This document shows positions 22,818-35,101 of a DNA stretch of 63,178 nucleotides, piece after piece. This DNA comes from Octopus bimaculoides. Lineage: Eukaryota. The position numbers and the translations under genes are program-made. The notes under the pieces were generated by a model. That model saw only the letters and a list, made by a program, of their open reading frames with translations, was not told the origin of the DNA and made no database searches. The stretch's first letter is position 1. Each line of letters begins with the position of its first letter. The stretch spans positions 43,320,054-43,383,231 of the forward strand of contig NC_068998.1 in assembly GCF_001194135.2 (NCBI RefSeq), written 5' to 3'.

Positions 22818-24439
22818 NNNNNNNNNNNNNNNNNNNNNNNNNNNNNNNNNNNNNNNNNNNNNNNNNNNNNNNNNNNNNNNNNNNNNNNNNNNNNNNNNNN
22901 NNNNNNNNNNNNNNNNNNNNNNNNNNNNNNNNNNNNNNNNNNNNNNNNNNNNNNNNNNNNNNNNNNNNNNNNNNNNNNNNNNNNNNNNNNNNNNNNNNNN
23001 NNNNNNNNNNNNNNNNNNNNNNNNNNNNNNNNNNNNNNNNNNNNNNNNNNNNNNNNNNNNNNNNNNNNNNNNNNNNNNNNNNNNNNNNNNNNNNNNNNNN
23101 NNNNNNNNNNNNNNNNNNNNNNNNNNNNNNNNNNNNNNNNNNNNNNNNNNNNNNNNNNNNNNNNNNNNNNNNNNNNNNNNNNNNNNNNNNNNNNNNNNNN
23201 NNNNNNNNNNNNNNNNNNNNNNNNNNNNNNNNNNNNNNNNNNNNNNNNNNNNNNNNNNNNNNNNNNNNNNNNNNNNNNNNNNNNNNNNNNNNNNNNNNNN
23301 NNNNNNNNNNNNNNNNNNNNNNNNNNNNNNNNNNNNNNNNNNNNNNNNNNNNNNNNNNNNNNNNNNNNNNNNNNNNNNNNNNNNNNNNNNNNNNNNNNNN
23401 NNNNNNNNNNNNNNNNNNNNNNNNNNNNNNNNNNNNNNNNNNNNNNNNNNNNNNNNNNNNNNNNNNNNNNNNNNNNNNNNNNNNNNNNNNAAAGTGTGAA
23501 GACAACAACAAAATAACAGAAGCTTCAGCAAATCACATGTGAGAAAACTACTGAATCTTAAGGGTTTTTTAATGTTTTGTTGAATTTTATTGCTTTTTTT
23601 TTGTTAAACAATTTTTTTTTATTTATTTTATTTTTGCTTAAAAATTTTTTTAAAATTTTATATTTTGTTTAAAATTTTTTTATTTATTTATTTTAATTTT
23701 TTGTGAGACAAATTTTTTTATTTATTTATTTAAATTTTTTGTGAGACAAATTTTTTTATTTTTTTTATTTTATTTTTTTTCTGTTTCGTAAATTTTGTTT
23801 TTTTTTATTCTATTTATTTTACTCTACAAAATCAAGATGAAAGAACATTTTAATTCCATTTTGTCTCTGAGACCATTTAGAAAAACAAGAACAAAAAAAA
23901 TAAAAATCAGTTTGTTTTCCATCTTTCTATACTTTTTCTTCCCATCTCTTCCTTCTCACTGAAATGACAGAAAAAGAAACAAAAAAAATTATATTTGTTT
24001 CTACAACAAAACATTGATTTGCGTGTATATGTGCATGTATATGCGTGTATATGTATGTATGGATAGATGGATGGATGAATGGATGGGTGTGTGTGCATAT
24101 GTATGTCAGTCTGTGTACGCGTGTTTCCGTGTTTATATGGCTGGTCAGTGAATATGTGTATCATGTATATCCGATTTTCTAAGTCTGTTTCTGTGTCTTC
24201 TGTTTCTTTATCCATGTTTCAATGATTGTGTATCCTTGTGCATGTATGTCAATATTGCATGTGTGCGTGAGTATATCTGTATTATTTCAGTTTGCAAGAT
24301 GTTTTACCTAATTCCACAAATAAAGTCACAGCAACATCGATCAAACTTCCTCCATTCAAATTGTGTTTTTATGAAAAGGTTTCCATTGTTTCAAATATCA
24401 CAAAATTAGCCAAAGGGAATTTGTATTACAATATTCTCT

Positions 24440-24476
<37 letters not shown>

Positions 24477-24490
24477 TTTTTTTTTTGCAG

Positions 24491-24556
24491 ATTATTGCCA
24501 GATCTTATGAAGCAACACTGCAGCTGCTTTGTTGCTTCATAAGATCTAACGGTAAT
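24491..24556. other. Perfect 18-bp inverted repeat with 12-nt loop, extendable to about 27-29 bp
   Basis: agatcttatgaagcaaca (24500-17) / tgttgcttcataagatct (24530-47); flanks attattgcc/aacggtaat pair with 2 wobbles and 2 mismatches. Confidence 0.9.
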
Positions 24557-24780
24557 CTCTTCAGAAACAGTATGATGCTTGTTAATAGTGATAAATATTT
24601 AATTTCTTGTTCTGCAAAAGAATGGATCAATTATTTATAACATGAAATTCCAAAATAAAAGACAGTTTTGTGTGCTGTTAGGACAGGTGTGTCCTGATAG
24701 TTGAAGCAGGTCCCATGAGATGAGTACTGATGTTTTTTTTGGAACAGCTTTCCTAAACATGTAAAAAAACTTATTCTTTT

Positions 24781-25006
24781 TCACAATGCATTAGGTTAAA
24801 AAAACGTGTCTCTCCTTATCATCACCATCGTCGTCGTCGTCGTCGTCATCATCATCATCATCATCATCACCACCACCACCACCACCACCATAATCATCAT
24901 CATCATCACCATCATCATCATCACTACTGCCATTATCATTATCATCATCATCGTCGTCGTCATGATAATCATCAACATCATAATCATCATCATCATCACC
25001 ACCACC

Positions 25007-25040
<34 letters not shown>

Positions 25041-25123
25041 TCACTATCATCATCATTGTCATCATCATCATCTCACAGTGCATTAGCTGAACATAGATTA
25101 AAAACATGTCTCTCCTTAACACC

Positions 25124-25157
<34 letters not shown>

Positions 25158-25170
25158 TCATCACCACAGC

Positions 25171-25201
<31 letters not shown>

Positions 25202-25275
25202 TCACAGTGTGTTAACTGAACACAGCTTAAAAAAAACATGTCTCTCCTGATCACCACCACCGTCATCATCATCAT
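24781..25275. repeat. (CAT/CAC/CGT)n array punctuated by three copies of a 40-50-bp spacer
   Basis: tcaca(g/a)tg..tta..aaaa(c)(a/g)tgtctctcct at 24781, 25073 and 25202. Confidence 0.85.
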
Positions 25276-25282
25276 TGTTAAG

Positions 25283-25720
25283 ACAGTGTGCTGACAGAAT
25301 TGTTAGCATGCTGAGCAAAATGCTTTGCATCATTTTGTCCATCTTCACATTCTGAGTTCAAATTCTGCCAAGTTTGGCTGAATCTGCTGGGTATTTATCA
25401 TGTGCCACGAACATGGGTGCATCTATGCAGTACCAGCACAGGTGCATTTTACATGGCACTAGCACCTGTATAGCAATCAAGTCAAAGCTGTTTGTATTTC
25501 AGTGATAGGGTGGCAGGCTGGCAGAAAAGTTAGCACATCGAGTAAAATGCCTAGTAGCATTTTGTTCCCATTTATGTTCTGAGTTCAAATTCTGCCGATG
25601 TCAACTTTGCCTTTCACCCATTTAGAATCAATAAAATAAGTACCAGTTGCGCGCAGGGGTCGATGTAATTGACTCCTTCTCTCCTCTGAATTTACTGGCC
25701 TTGTGCCAAAATTTGAAATC
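25283..25720 (+). mobile_element. Two family A SINEs
   Basis: ctg(a/g)cagaa heads and ttctgagttcaaattctgcc B-box at ~25350 and ~25577. Confidence 0.78.
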
Positions 25721-26130
25721 TGTATTTTTACATGAGTGTTTCAAATGGAAATTTTATTGCATGAAGGGTCATGTGATTTTAATGACCATCTGTCTCTGCC
25801 CTAGCTACATTGTAAATACCAACTTAGGATTCTTATAAATTACTTGAGCCAATGGGGAGAGGAGCCTCAAACAATAATTCAACCTTCCCAGCTTGACAAC
25901 CAGATCTCTTTCTAATTACACCTTGCTGTCTTAGATAAAGGATATATTGGACAAGGTAGTCCCTCACACAAATACATAGGTGTGTCACAAATCAAAGATC
26001 TGCTGGTTGAAGGTTGACTAGCGAATACAGCAGTAATGAATTACATGATTGAACAAGTGGGGCACAGCCCTCAGAATAGGTAATTTGTTAGAATTATCTG
26101 TGAAATTTCTATCAAATATCCTTCTACCTA

Positions 26131-26337
26131 ATACAAATAATAAATGAGTATATGCATATATATGTACATGTATGTACATACCTACATCTACATGAATATA
26201 TCGATGCATATCTGGGTACAGGATATTGCAAAAAAAACGTGGACAAAATGATAAACAGAGTACAGAAAACACACAGGCCACAATAGAGAACATTTCCTTC
26301 ATCAGCTGCCACCATTCTAAAACTAAGCGTTTCGAAG
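26131..26337 (-). repeat. Dispersed repeat R (four copies in the window; possibly Penelope pLTR-derived)
   Basis: Matches 53758-53963 (same orientation) and 52270-52440, 52850-52995 (opposite); shared end catttccttcatcagctgccaccattctaaaactaagc.tttcgaag. Confidence 0.75.
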
Positions 26338-26997
26338 TGTTTACCTAGTTTGACAGGGCAAAAAAAAAATGGATAATATAATATTTGCTACATCTTATGA
26401 AAGGTAAAATGAAAGCATCACATCTTTCATCAGAAATCTGCTAGATCAGAAGCTAAATAATAACACTTGCAGGCAAGTATGTTGGTGTTTGATCTACACA
26501 AAATAGCAAACAAATGTCCTTCAATCACATTACAAAGGAGAATCACATTGGACAATAAAGCCCTAAATTTTTAAGAGAATTAGCAGATGTTTCTTAGCCA
26601 TTAGTAAGCCCTGATAGAGCAGGGCTTACTAAGCCCTTCCAACCAAGATTATTCTGTCATCTTAAGAACATGCAAGACTGTATATCATTTGATGTTCTAT
26701 TTGCTTACTGAAAATTGTAAAGCAAGATTTGATGTTGATTTGGCTGCTATTTCTAACAGGTTAAGAGACAACATAAACGCTTCTTTGTTGATCTTACTCC
26801 CTGTAGCAGTTTGCTTTGGCAAACATAGATGAAAACAAAACCCCTGTTAATGAAGTGGGTTAGAAAGATGTAATAAAAAAAAATTATACTTTGTGTAATT
26901 ATTTCATGAGAAAATGCTAGGATCTGCTTGTAATGTTAAATACCCTCCCTTGTGGTGATATCAAATCTCATTATCATATTCTTTTCCACTGTTCTCT

Positions 26998-27067
<70 letters not shown>

Positions 27068-27351
27068 AATTGATTCAATTGCTATAATCTTTATTAAATC
27101 ATTATTATTATTATTATTATTGTTGTTATCAAAATTATATTCTCGTATAATATATACATGAATAAGTGGCAAACATCTTAGTCAAAAATGTTTCCTTATA
27201 CCATCTCGTTCCTTATTAGTTTGAAGTTTCTGCAAACTTGTTAGATTATTCCAATTACAACTGCTTTTGATCATGCAGTCATAGTGCACCTGAGCACTGT
27301 ATACAATAACCTCATTATTATTATTATTATTATTATTATTGCTGTTGTTAT

Positions 27352-27590
27352 TAGAGGCTTAGTGGTTAGGGTGTTGGACTCATGATTGTAAGATTGTGGC
27401 TTTGATTTCCGGACTAGCTGATGCATCATGTTCTTGAGCAACACACTTCATTTCATGTTGCTCCAGGCCACTTATATGGCAAAAATGAATCATGCCACAG
27501 TGGACTGGCATCCCATCCAGGTGTGACTGGAATATATACACGACAGAAACTGGGAAACTGACACTATGAGTCTATATAACTCAGGAAGGA
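27352..27590 (+). mobile_element. Family D-like tRNA-SINE
   Basis: ggcttagtggttagg head, tgttcttgagcaacacacttcatttcatgttgctccag core, ggactggcatcccatccagg..cagaaactgggaaac tail. Confidence 0.72.
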
Positions 27591-27599
27591 TCTTTATCT

Positions 27600-27632
27600 T
27601 ATGTTGTTGTTGTTGTTGTTGTTCTTCTTCTT

Positions 27633-27663
<31 letters not shown>

Positions 27664-27699
27664 TCATCATCATCATCATCATCATTATTATTGTTATTA

Positions 27700-27760
<61 letters not shown>
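27600..27760. repeat. Compound trinucleotide microsatellite (TGT)n(TCT)n(CAT)n(TAT)n
   Basis: Direct reading. Confidence 0.95.
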
Positions 27761-27762
<2 letters not shown>

Positions 27763-27769
27763 GAATGCA

Positions 27770-27956
27770 GCAAGCTGGCAGAATGGTCAGCATGCTAGGC
27801 AAAATGCTTAGCAGCGTTTTGCCTCTTGCTATGTTCTGAGTTCAAATTCTGCCGAGGTTGACTTTCATCCTTTCAGAGTCGATAAACTAAGTACCAGTGA
27901 GACTAGTCCCCTCCCACAAAATTTCAGGCCTTGTCCCTTTAGAAGAAAGGGTTATT
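27770..27956 (+). mobile_element. Family A SINE
   Basis: gcaagctggcagaat..gttctgagttcaaattctgccgagg..aagtaccag..caggccttgtccc. Confidence 0.82.
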
Positions 27957-28721
27957 ATTATCATTAGATTGTACTTGACAAATAATACAGTACTTGAAAG
28001 TTATTTCATTTTTGAATAATTCTCTCCTTCTTTCTAATATTATTTTACTCTCTCTCTCTTCCAACGATATACAACTCCAATTATTTGCTTATTTGATTGA
28101 TAATACTTCAACAGGAAGTGTGATATAAGTTTAGTTGATGATTGTTAATTAGTATAAATACTCAGATTTATATCCTGTACTTGCCAATGAAATAAAAAGG
28201 CAAAACTGAAATGGAAATAACTAATTCGATCTTTGCTACTTTTATAATTTTTCTATATACATGACGTTACTGTAAAATGCTTTGAACATTCAGAATATCA
28301 AAAATATTTTTATCTACACATTTCCATTCCAGATATAATTTACAAGTGGTTTGGCAAATTAATTATAATTGGTTCATTGATTGAAAGAAACTTATTAAAA
28401 GTTTTGGGATAGCTTATCTAAGATTGTTTCTGTTGATATATATATATATATATGCGCACACATACACCGTCACACACACATGTGGGCCTTCTCTGGCAAT
28501 GGCCATTAATATAAGGGAGCATGAGACAAGTTTTAAATTGAAATTCAGTAATACAAGGAAAAGGTTGTTACAGTTCATGTGTAGCACTATTTCACTCTTG
28601 TTAGAAATCTTTAGCATTATATAACCTAAATATATTACAAAGTGAGTCATTCCATTAAAATTAAAGATGAAATGAATTACAACTTGGAGGAAACTCATGG
28701 AATGTTTAATATATACATACA

Positions 28722-29066
28722 CAGTGTCGCCTTACTGGCACTTGTGCCGGTGGTACGTGGAAAACAACATTCGAGTGAGGTCGTTGCCAGTGCCACTGGA
28801 CTGGATCCTGTGCAGGTGACACATAAAAACATCATTTGAGCGTGGCCGTTGCCAGTACCTCCTGACTGGCCCTTGTGCCAGTGGCATGTAAAAGCACCAC
28901 CTACACTCTTAGAGTGGTTGGCATTAGGAAAGGCATCCAGCTGTAGAAACTCTGCCAGATCAGATTGGAGCCTGGTGCAGCCATCTGTCTCATCAGTCCC
29001 CAGTCAAACTGTCCAACTCATACCAGCATGGAAAGCGGACATTAAACGATGATGATGATGATGATG

Positions 29067-29068
<2 letters not shown>
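28722..29068 (+). mobile_element. Family B SINE with tandem units
   Basis: gtgccggtggtacg/gtgccagtggcatg units, aggcatccagctgtagaaactctgccagatcagattggag, gacattaaacgatgat tail. Confidence 0.85.
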
Positions 29069-29120
<52 letters not shown>

Positions 29121-30116
29121 ACTATAATATTATATTTATTCATTAAATGTATAAGTTACTTTACTTATTTCTATCTATCTTAATGATCTGTAATTACATT
29201 TTCATAATTAATATAATTACAAATTTTTTTATATATTTAAAAATTCTTTTTAATATCCCCTTATTATATTACGTTTAATTCAATGTGACTTTCAAATATG
29301 AAAATATTCTCCACCCCTTGATCTATTTGAATTCTTGGTTTGTTTTATAAAGAAAAAAATACAACCAAAACACCTTCGAAAAACTGTGAGTTTAATAGTC
29401 CAAATATGTATTATATTAGTTTAAATATGTATTATATTGGCACTATGCCAGTATTTGCGCTATGTCAGTAAGTTCAAGATTTACTGCCTAAATCCATGAA
29501 ATTAAGTCTCCTGTCCTAAAATTTAACAAAATCTTTCCAGTGGATTTGAATTCAACAAGTATAAAATAGTATTCTAATGTTTTTAGCCAGTAAACTATTT
29601 AATTTCTATATTTACACATACATGCAAGTGGCCAGCAAAAACCAATCGCCAACATTCTGCTGTTTTAGTAGAAGGGCATTTGAATGTGCAGTGAAGAATT
29701 AAAGATATTATGAAAACTATTTTTCTAATAACATTTGAACTTGTATGAGTTTGAATTGCATTCTCTCATGCTTGATGGAAACTATGGCTAATGCATAGAT
29801 CTTTTATATAGTTATAACTAAGTGCACAAGACTCTCCGACTGATCTCTTCTTCTACCCAGCAACAGACTTAATGCATATCGCTCGGGGAATCCAATCTTT
29901 AACTAGATTAGCGAATCTTGTTGAAAGAACAATATTTGCATGAATAGACGGAAGAGAAAAGCGAGTGAAATAGCAGAGGGAAGCACATATGTACCCTAAC
30001 ACTGACTGTTCACGTTTCTGACCTCGATCTGTTTATTTGTACAGAACCAGCTACTGTCTGCCTCACCCAGTTCTACCCAGCAACAAATCAATGCATCTTC
30101 TCTTTGATCCAGTCTT

Positions 30117-30163
30117 TCACAGAATTAACAGATCCAACAGAAAATGCAGATTGTATAAATCAT
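30117..30163 (-). CDS. Candidate short terminal exon (DDLYNLHFLLDLLIL*)
   Basis: Strong acceptor ttttattgacattgcAG at 30165-64 closes an 86-nt T-rich intron; phase 1 continues the upstream exon; TGA at 30119-17. Confidence 0.35.
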
Positions 30164-30249
30164 CTGCAATGTCAATAAAAAGCCATAACAGAAACAAAAA
30201 TATAAAAACAAATTTAAAGAAAAAAAGAATGTGATGCAAACATGCACAC

Positions 30250-30544
30250 CCTGAGCTTTACATTTGACCTTTGGGTCTTCTCTTGTATTTAGGGATACAC
30301 TGAAATTATAGAGATTTTTGGGTAAAGATTTTGGTGGGATTATATCAATATTTCTTGGTTCTTTGACATGTGTATAATCAGCCACGGCTTCGTCCTCTGT
30401 GTTATCAATTTTATAACAATTAGCATCACTACTGTTTGCAACACCATGTTCGTGATGTTGATGATTATCATCATTTGCGTTGCTACCATCATCGTTTGTA
30501 TCATTATCATCATCATCGTCATCATCGTAATCATCCCTTATAAT
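30250..30544 (-). CDS. Candidate coding exon (acidic/low-complexity, ..HEHGVANSSDANCYKIDNTEDEAVADYTHVKEPRNIDIIPPKSLPKNLYNFSVSLNTREDPKVKCKAQ)
   Basis: Open frame, ~70 aa non-repetitive; acceptor AG at 30546-45 or 30538-37; weak donor G|GTGTGC at 30249. The Asp-rich start derives from (GAT)n. Confidence 0.4.
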
Positions 30545-30689
30545 CTTTTTGACATAGGAAAAAAAATTTATCAGAAGCATAGAAATATTCTGGAATGTAC
30601 AAATAATCATAGAAACAGAAACACACACACACAGATGTACGTTTGCACACACAAGCAAATAGTTTACTTACACATATGCATGCTTGGAT

Positions 30690-31050
30690 AGTCTTACACA
30701 TACACACACACACACATACATGCACACCATATATATATATATATACATACATACACACTTACACACACATGCACACTCACACAAACACACACTCACACAC
30801 ACGCACACAGTCTTTCACACTCTCACACACACGTGCACACACTCACACACATGCACACACTCACACGCACACACTCACACACACACTCACACGCACATAC
30901 ACTCATACACACATGCACACACTCAGACACACACACACACCATTCACACTCCATTCACACTCACACACTCACACACACCACTCACATACACACCACTCAC
31001 ATACACACACACTCACACACACATACCCTCATACACACACGCACACAACT
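30690..31050. repeat. Cryptic (CA)n/CACT low-complexity tract
   Basis: Direct reading; source of the His/Thr ORFs. Confidence 0.93.
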
Positions 31051-31933
31051 AACTGCAATACCAACTATGGCTAAAATGGGAGAAACTATTCTGACTTGTA
31101 AGAAATATCGACTAAATCTCTATGTTCTAACATGTTTATTGAGAAATGAAGGACACACTGAATGATGTAGTCCTTGATACACTATATCTGAAAATAAGTG
31201 TGTGTGTGTGTGTGTATCAGTGGCAGAGAGATTTATAAACCATCTTTAGACGTACAGCATGATGAAAAACATTTTGAGAATGAGTACAATGACCCTCTAG
31301 ATCTGCTGAAGTCTCTATATAGCTGTTTCGCCTGCTAGAAATAATAGCCTATCTCACAGATTAAATTATTTAGTTTTAAGTCTGTTAAAAAGACCGAATT
31401 GTTGTAAACTTGAATGCCTTTCACTGTATACTTGCTCAATCAGGTTTGACCTGAGCTAATCAAAAACAGCAAACAACAACAACAGCAACAACAATACCAA
31501 TTACATTTTATCTGTGTCACATCATTTTATCAAGTTACTTCATTTTAGCCAGAGGAAAGTACAAAAGATTTTAGTCAATTTTATGTTGAAGATAATCATG
31601 TGATGTCTTAGCATTGATGCGAGATGCAACGATTGTTGATGTTCGACTTGAATAACTTAATATTTCCTTTTAGTCTTTTAATCTGTCAGGCTTTTAATGT
31701 TTCATTGTAAGAGGAGGTTGATGATGTAACTTAGTCTTTCGATTGATTGATAGCAGAAGCTTTAAACTGGTTAATTGGAGAAAATTTGAATATACTCAGG
31801 GTTCAATTACTTTGCTATCTCTCTAGTATTCTTAACGATGTTTTTATACGATGTGGAGTAATATCTTTACTAACATTTAACCATTTAGTATTCTTCATTT
31901 TGATGGTATTAAATATGTTAATATATAGAAGCA

Positions 31934-32080
31934 GGAAGGTGGCGAGTTGGCAGAAATGTTAGCATGCTGGGAAAAATGCTTATCGGTATTTTGTCTGAGT
32001 TCAAATTCCGCCGAGGTCAATCTAATCGACTGGCCCTCTCCCCCAAAATTTCGGGCCTTGTGCCTAGAGTAGAAAAGAAT
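31934..32080 (+). mobile_element. Family A SINE with internal deletion
   Basis: ggtggcgagttggcagaa..gagttcaaattccgccgaggtcaa joined directly to tctaatcgactggcc; the core is missing. Confidence 0.8.
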
Positions 32081-32345
32081 ATATAGATGCAGGCATAACT
32101 GTTAGGTAAGAAGCTTCCCAACCACAGCCATTTTACTGTGTGGACTGCATGATTTTTAAGTGGTTCCAGCACTGGCAGGGTCACCAAGTAACTGTGACAG
32201 ACAAAGATCTTTTGAGAGGAGAGGGGGAATCAGAGGGTGGGGGGGGGTCTTGTGTCAGATGATGAAAGGTTTCAGTGTAACTACAATTATGCTTTTAGTC
32301 TGTTGCTCCATAATTTCTACCCACAAACCAAATGAACATCTAGCT

Positions 32346-32973
32346 CAGGGTTGGCCAACCTGAGGCCCACGTGCCATATGTGGCTTGCAGACTTTTATCT
32401 TGCGGCAGACTAGATACTTTCTGGACATGTATTTACGTAAACAAACATTTAAAAAATTTTACCAAAAATTAAAGATTTTAATGAAAAGTAAAAAAGAAAG
32501 ATACTACTGTTTATGCAACAATAACATTTCATGTTGAATCAACGATCATTCATTCATCATTATCATCATTATCATCATCATCATCATAATCATTTAACGT
32601 CCGCTTTCCATGCTAGCATGGGTTGGACGATTTGACTGAGGACTGGCGAACCAGGTGGCTGCACCAGGCTCCAATCTGATCTGGCAGAGTTTCTACAGCT
32701 GGATGCCCTTCCTAATGCCAACCACTCCAAGAGTGTAGTGGGTGCTTTTACGTGCCACCAGCACAAGGGTCAGTCAGGCGGTACTGTCAACAGCCATGCT
32801 CAAGGTCCCCTTCTCTTATGCCTCCTCTACTCTCAAATAATACGGTGTTATTTTATTGTAATAATAGCATGAGAAAGCAAAATGCTTTCAATTCTGCCGG
32901 TATACAAGTGGCCCCTCAAAAAACTTCCTGTGATTAAAGTGGCCCACTATGTATTTCGAGTTGGCCAGGCCTG
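32346..32973. mobile_element. hAT (Charlie-like) MITE with nested family B SINE
   Basis: TIRs cagggttggccaac / gttggccaggcctg; perfect 8-bp TSD atctagct at 32338-45 and 32974-81. Confidence 0.9.
32555..32805 (-). mobile_element. Family B SINE inside the hAT MITE
   Basis: (CAT)n + ttaacgtccgctttccatgctagcatgggttggacg. Confidence 0.88.
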
Positions 32974-33390
32974 ATCTAGCTGGACGTTTTATTTGCTAGA
33001 AATAGAAGCCAGATCTATCTTAAGTCATAGCTACTGTCTCAAAAATGGAGGACACATTTGATAGTACTGGATATATTCTCAGTAAAAAAAAAATATAAGT
33101 GGAGGCTGGAATTATTCCAGCTAAACAACAATTCTTGAATGATATTTCTATCCATTTATAGTAGACATGTAATTTACTCCTGTCTTGATATTACTCAGCT
33201 AATAACATGTTTGTTACAAATATATTTACTGCTATAATGTAATAGTCTATAATTTATAAATATTATTTAGCCTTTGAAGATTACTTCACGTAAAAACATG
33301 ATTTAGAGAATGAGATTACATAATTCTGCAGTAAGTCTCTCAGCAGGACTCCTGTACTTTAGTGATGTACTCTTTTAATTCAAGGATTGA

Positions 33391-33647
33391 CACCCTTTAA
33401 GGTTTTTATTGTTCATCAAAAAGTATGGTGTTACTTTCACAAAAAATATTTTAGGTTCAGGCACCTTATAAACAATATTGTTTAACACATAATATGGTGT
33501 TATTTTATTGAAAATGTATTATAGATGCAGCCACCTTGTAAATATTATTCTATTCACTACAAGGAATGGTGTTAGTTTAATAAATAAAGATTAATGGTAA
33601 AGACACCTTGTAAATAATATTTCTGTTAAACACAGCATGTGGCATTA
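33391..33647. repeat. Diverged ~71-bp tandem repeat, about 3.6 units
   Basis: CACC at 33391, 33462, 33532, 33604; atGGTGTTA with GGTG at 33427, 33496, 33568. Confidence 0.72.
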
Positions 33648-35061
33648 CATTATCATAAAGATAACAAAATAAAATAAAAAAATGTTACCAACGCAGGTGC
33701 AGGTGTGGCTGTGTGGTAAGAAGTTTGCTTTCCAACCACACTGTTCTGGGTTCAGTCCCACTGTGTGTCACCTTGTGCAAGTATCTTCTACTATTGTTCC
33801 TTGTGATACTTGTTTGGAAATATGGTAAACCTATAACCACAAATGCTATTAATTAATAATTTAATTGTATCATTATACTTGGGGGGCTGTCAATTTTGTC
33901 AATTAAACATACACACTGTATGTTTGGTCTTTACTTCAGCTTTATTATTATCATTGTTTTAATGTCCTTTATAAAAACTCTTTCATTACACATCCTGTGA
34001 CTTCTTCACCGACTCCTTATTCCATGTGTCTCCTCTTATTTTGCTTAATCCAAAATATGACCATCACTAAATTTAACGATATCTGTTTCAACACACACTT
34101 TCACATCAAGAATCTAGAAAAACAAATACATAAATGTAATAATTTAATTATAAAATGAATAAAAATGAATATCTAAAGCCATTTAACTAACAATTTAATA
34201 AATTTACTATGCAGTACCAACTCCTGAAGAGTTTACCATTTGCTCTGTAACTAAGATCAAGAATTTGTGATGGGCTTGTCTTTTTTCATTCCATTTGTTA
34301 TGCAAATAATGCAAAATAGCTTCAACTGGAGATTAAAACTCATTGATAGATCAATTTGCTGTGTTGCACTCACCGCACTCATTCAGAAAATATCGATTGA
34401 TTGATTGATTGATTTATTATTGTTATATGATTTTTTTAGTTGCTTGTTTACTTAAATTTTTATGAGCTTCTGTTGTATTTTATTTATGTCCTTAGAAGAG
34501 TGTCGAATGAGAGACTTTCATAAATATTATGGATGGGTGATACTGGAAATAAAGTCAATACCAAGTTTTTATAGTAGAACAGGTCAACAGCCAGGAATCT
34601 GACAATCTGTTGTCCAAGTTTCAATGTTTGCCTGGAATTAATTTTACATTTATAGTTAAGTGAAAATGCGAGCCAAAAGAGAGACATTGTGTGTAAGCTT
34701 TTGAAATGAAGGTTTTATGGATTAAGCACTGAATAAACAAAGAATATTTATTCTTTAAATGACAAGGTTATGAGGAAATAGATGAAGAATTATAACACTC
34801 ACTCCTACTTTTTTTGTATTTCTTTTTAGTTTTTTTTTATTATAGGAAATAAACATCGAAAATCAGTGGTTTATGCATTATATAAGTGTCCGTGTGTGCA
34901 TTAGCCTTGGTTGTGGGGTTAAGAAGGTTGCTTCTCAAAGACTTTATTCCTGATTCAATCCTACTCTGTGGAACCTTAGCTTAGTACCTTCTATTGTAGT
35001 TTTGAGTCAACTAAAACCTTCTCAGTAGATTTGGAGGATGGAAACAAAAAGAAGCCTTTTG

Positions 35062-35101
<40 letters not shown>

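Noticed and set aside
26290-26337. Permuted hammerhead in repeat R (minus strand cttcGAAAcgc...CTGATGAag)
   Set aside because: Both core motifs are present but I could not form stem I or a valid stem III in a type II arrangement.
29830-30110. Neuropeptide-like LLLGR(RR) and KRR motifs on the minus strand
   Set aside because: They lie in different frames bounded by stops, with no signal peptide or continuous precursor ORF.
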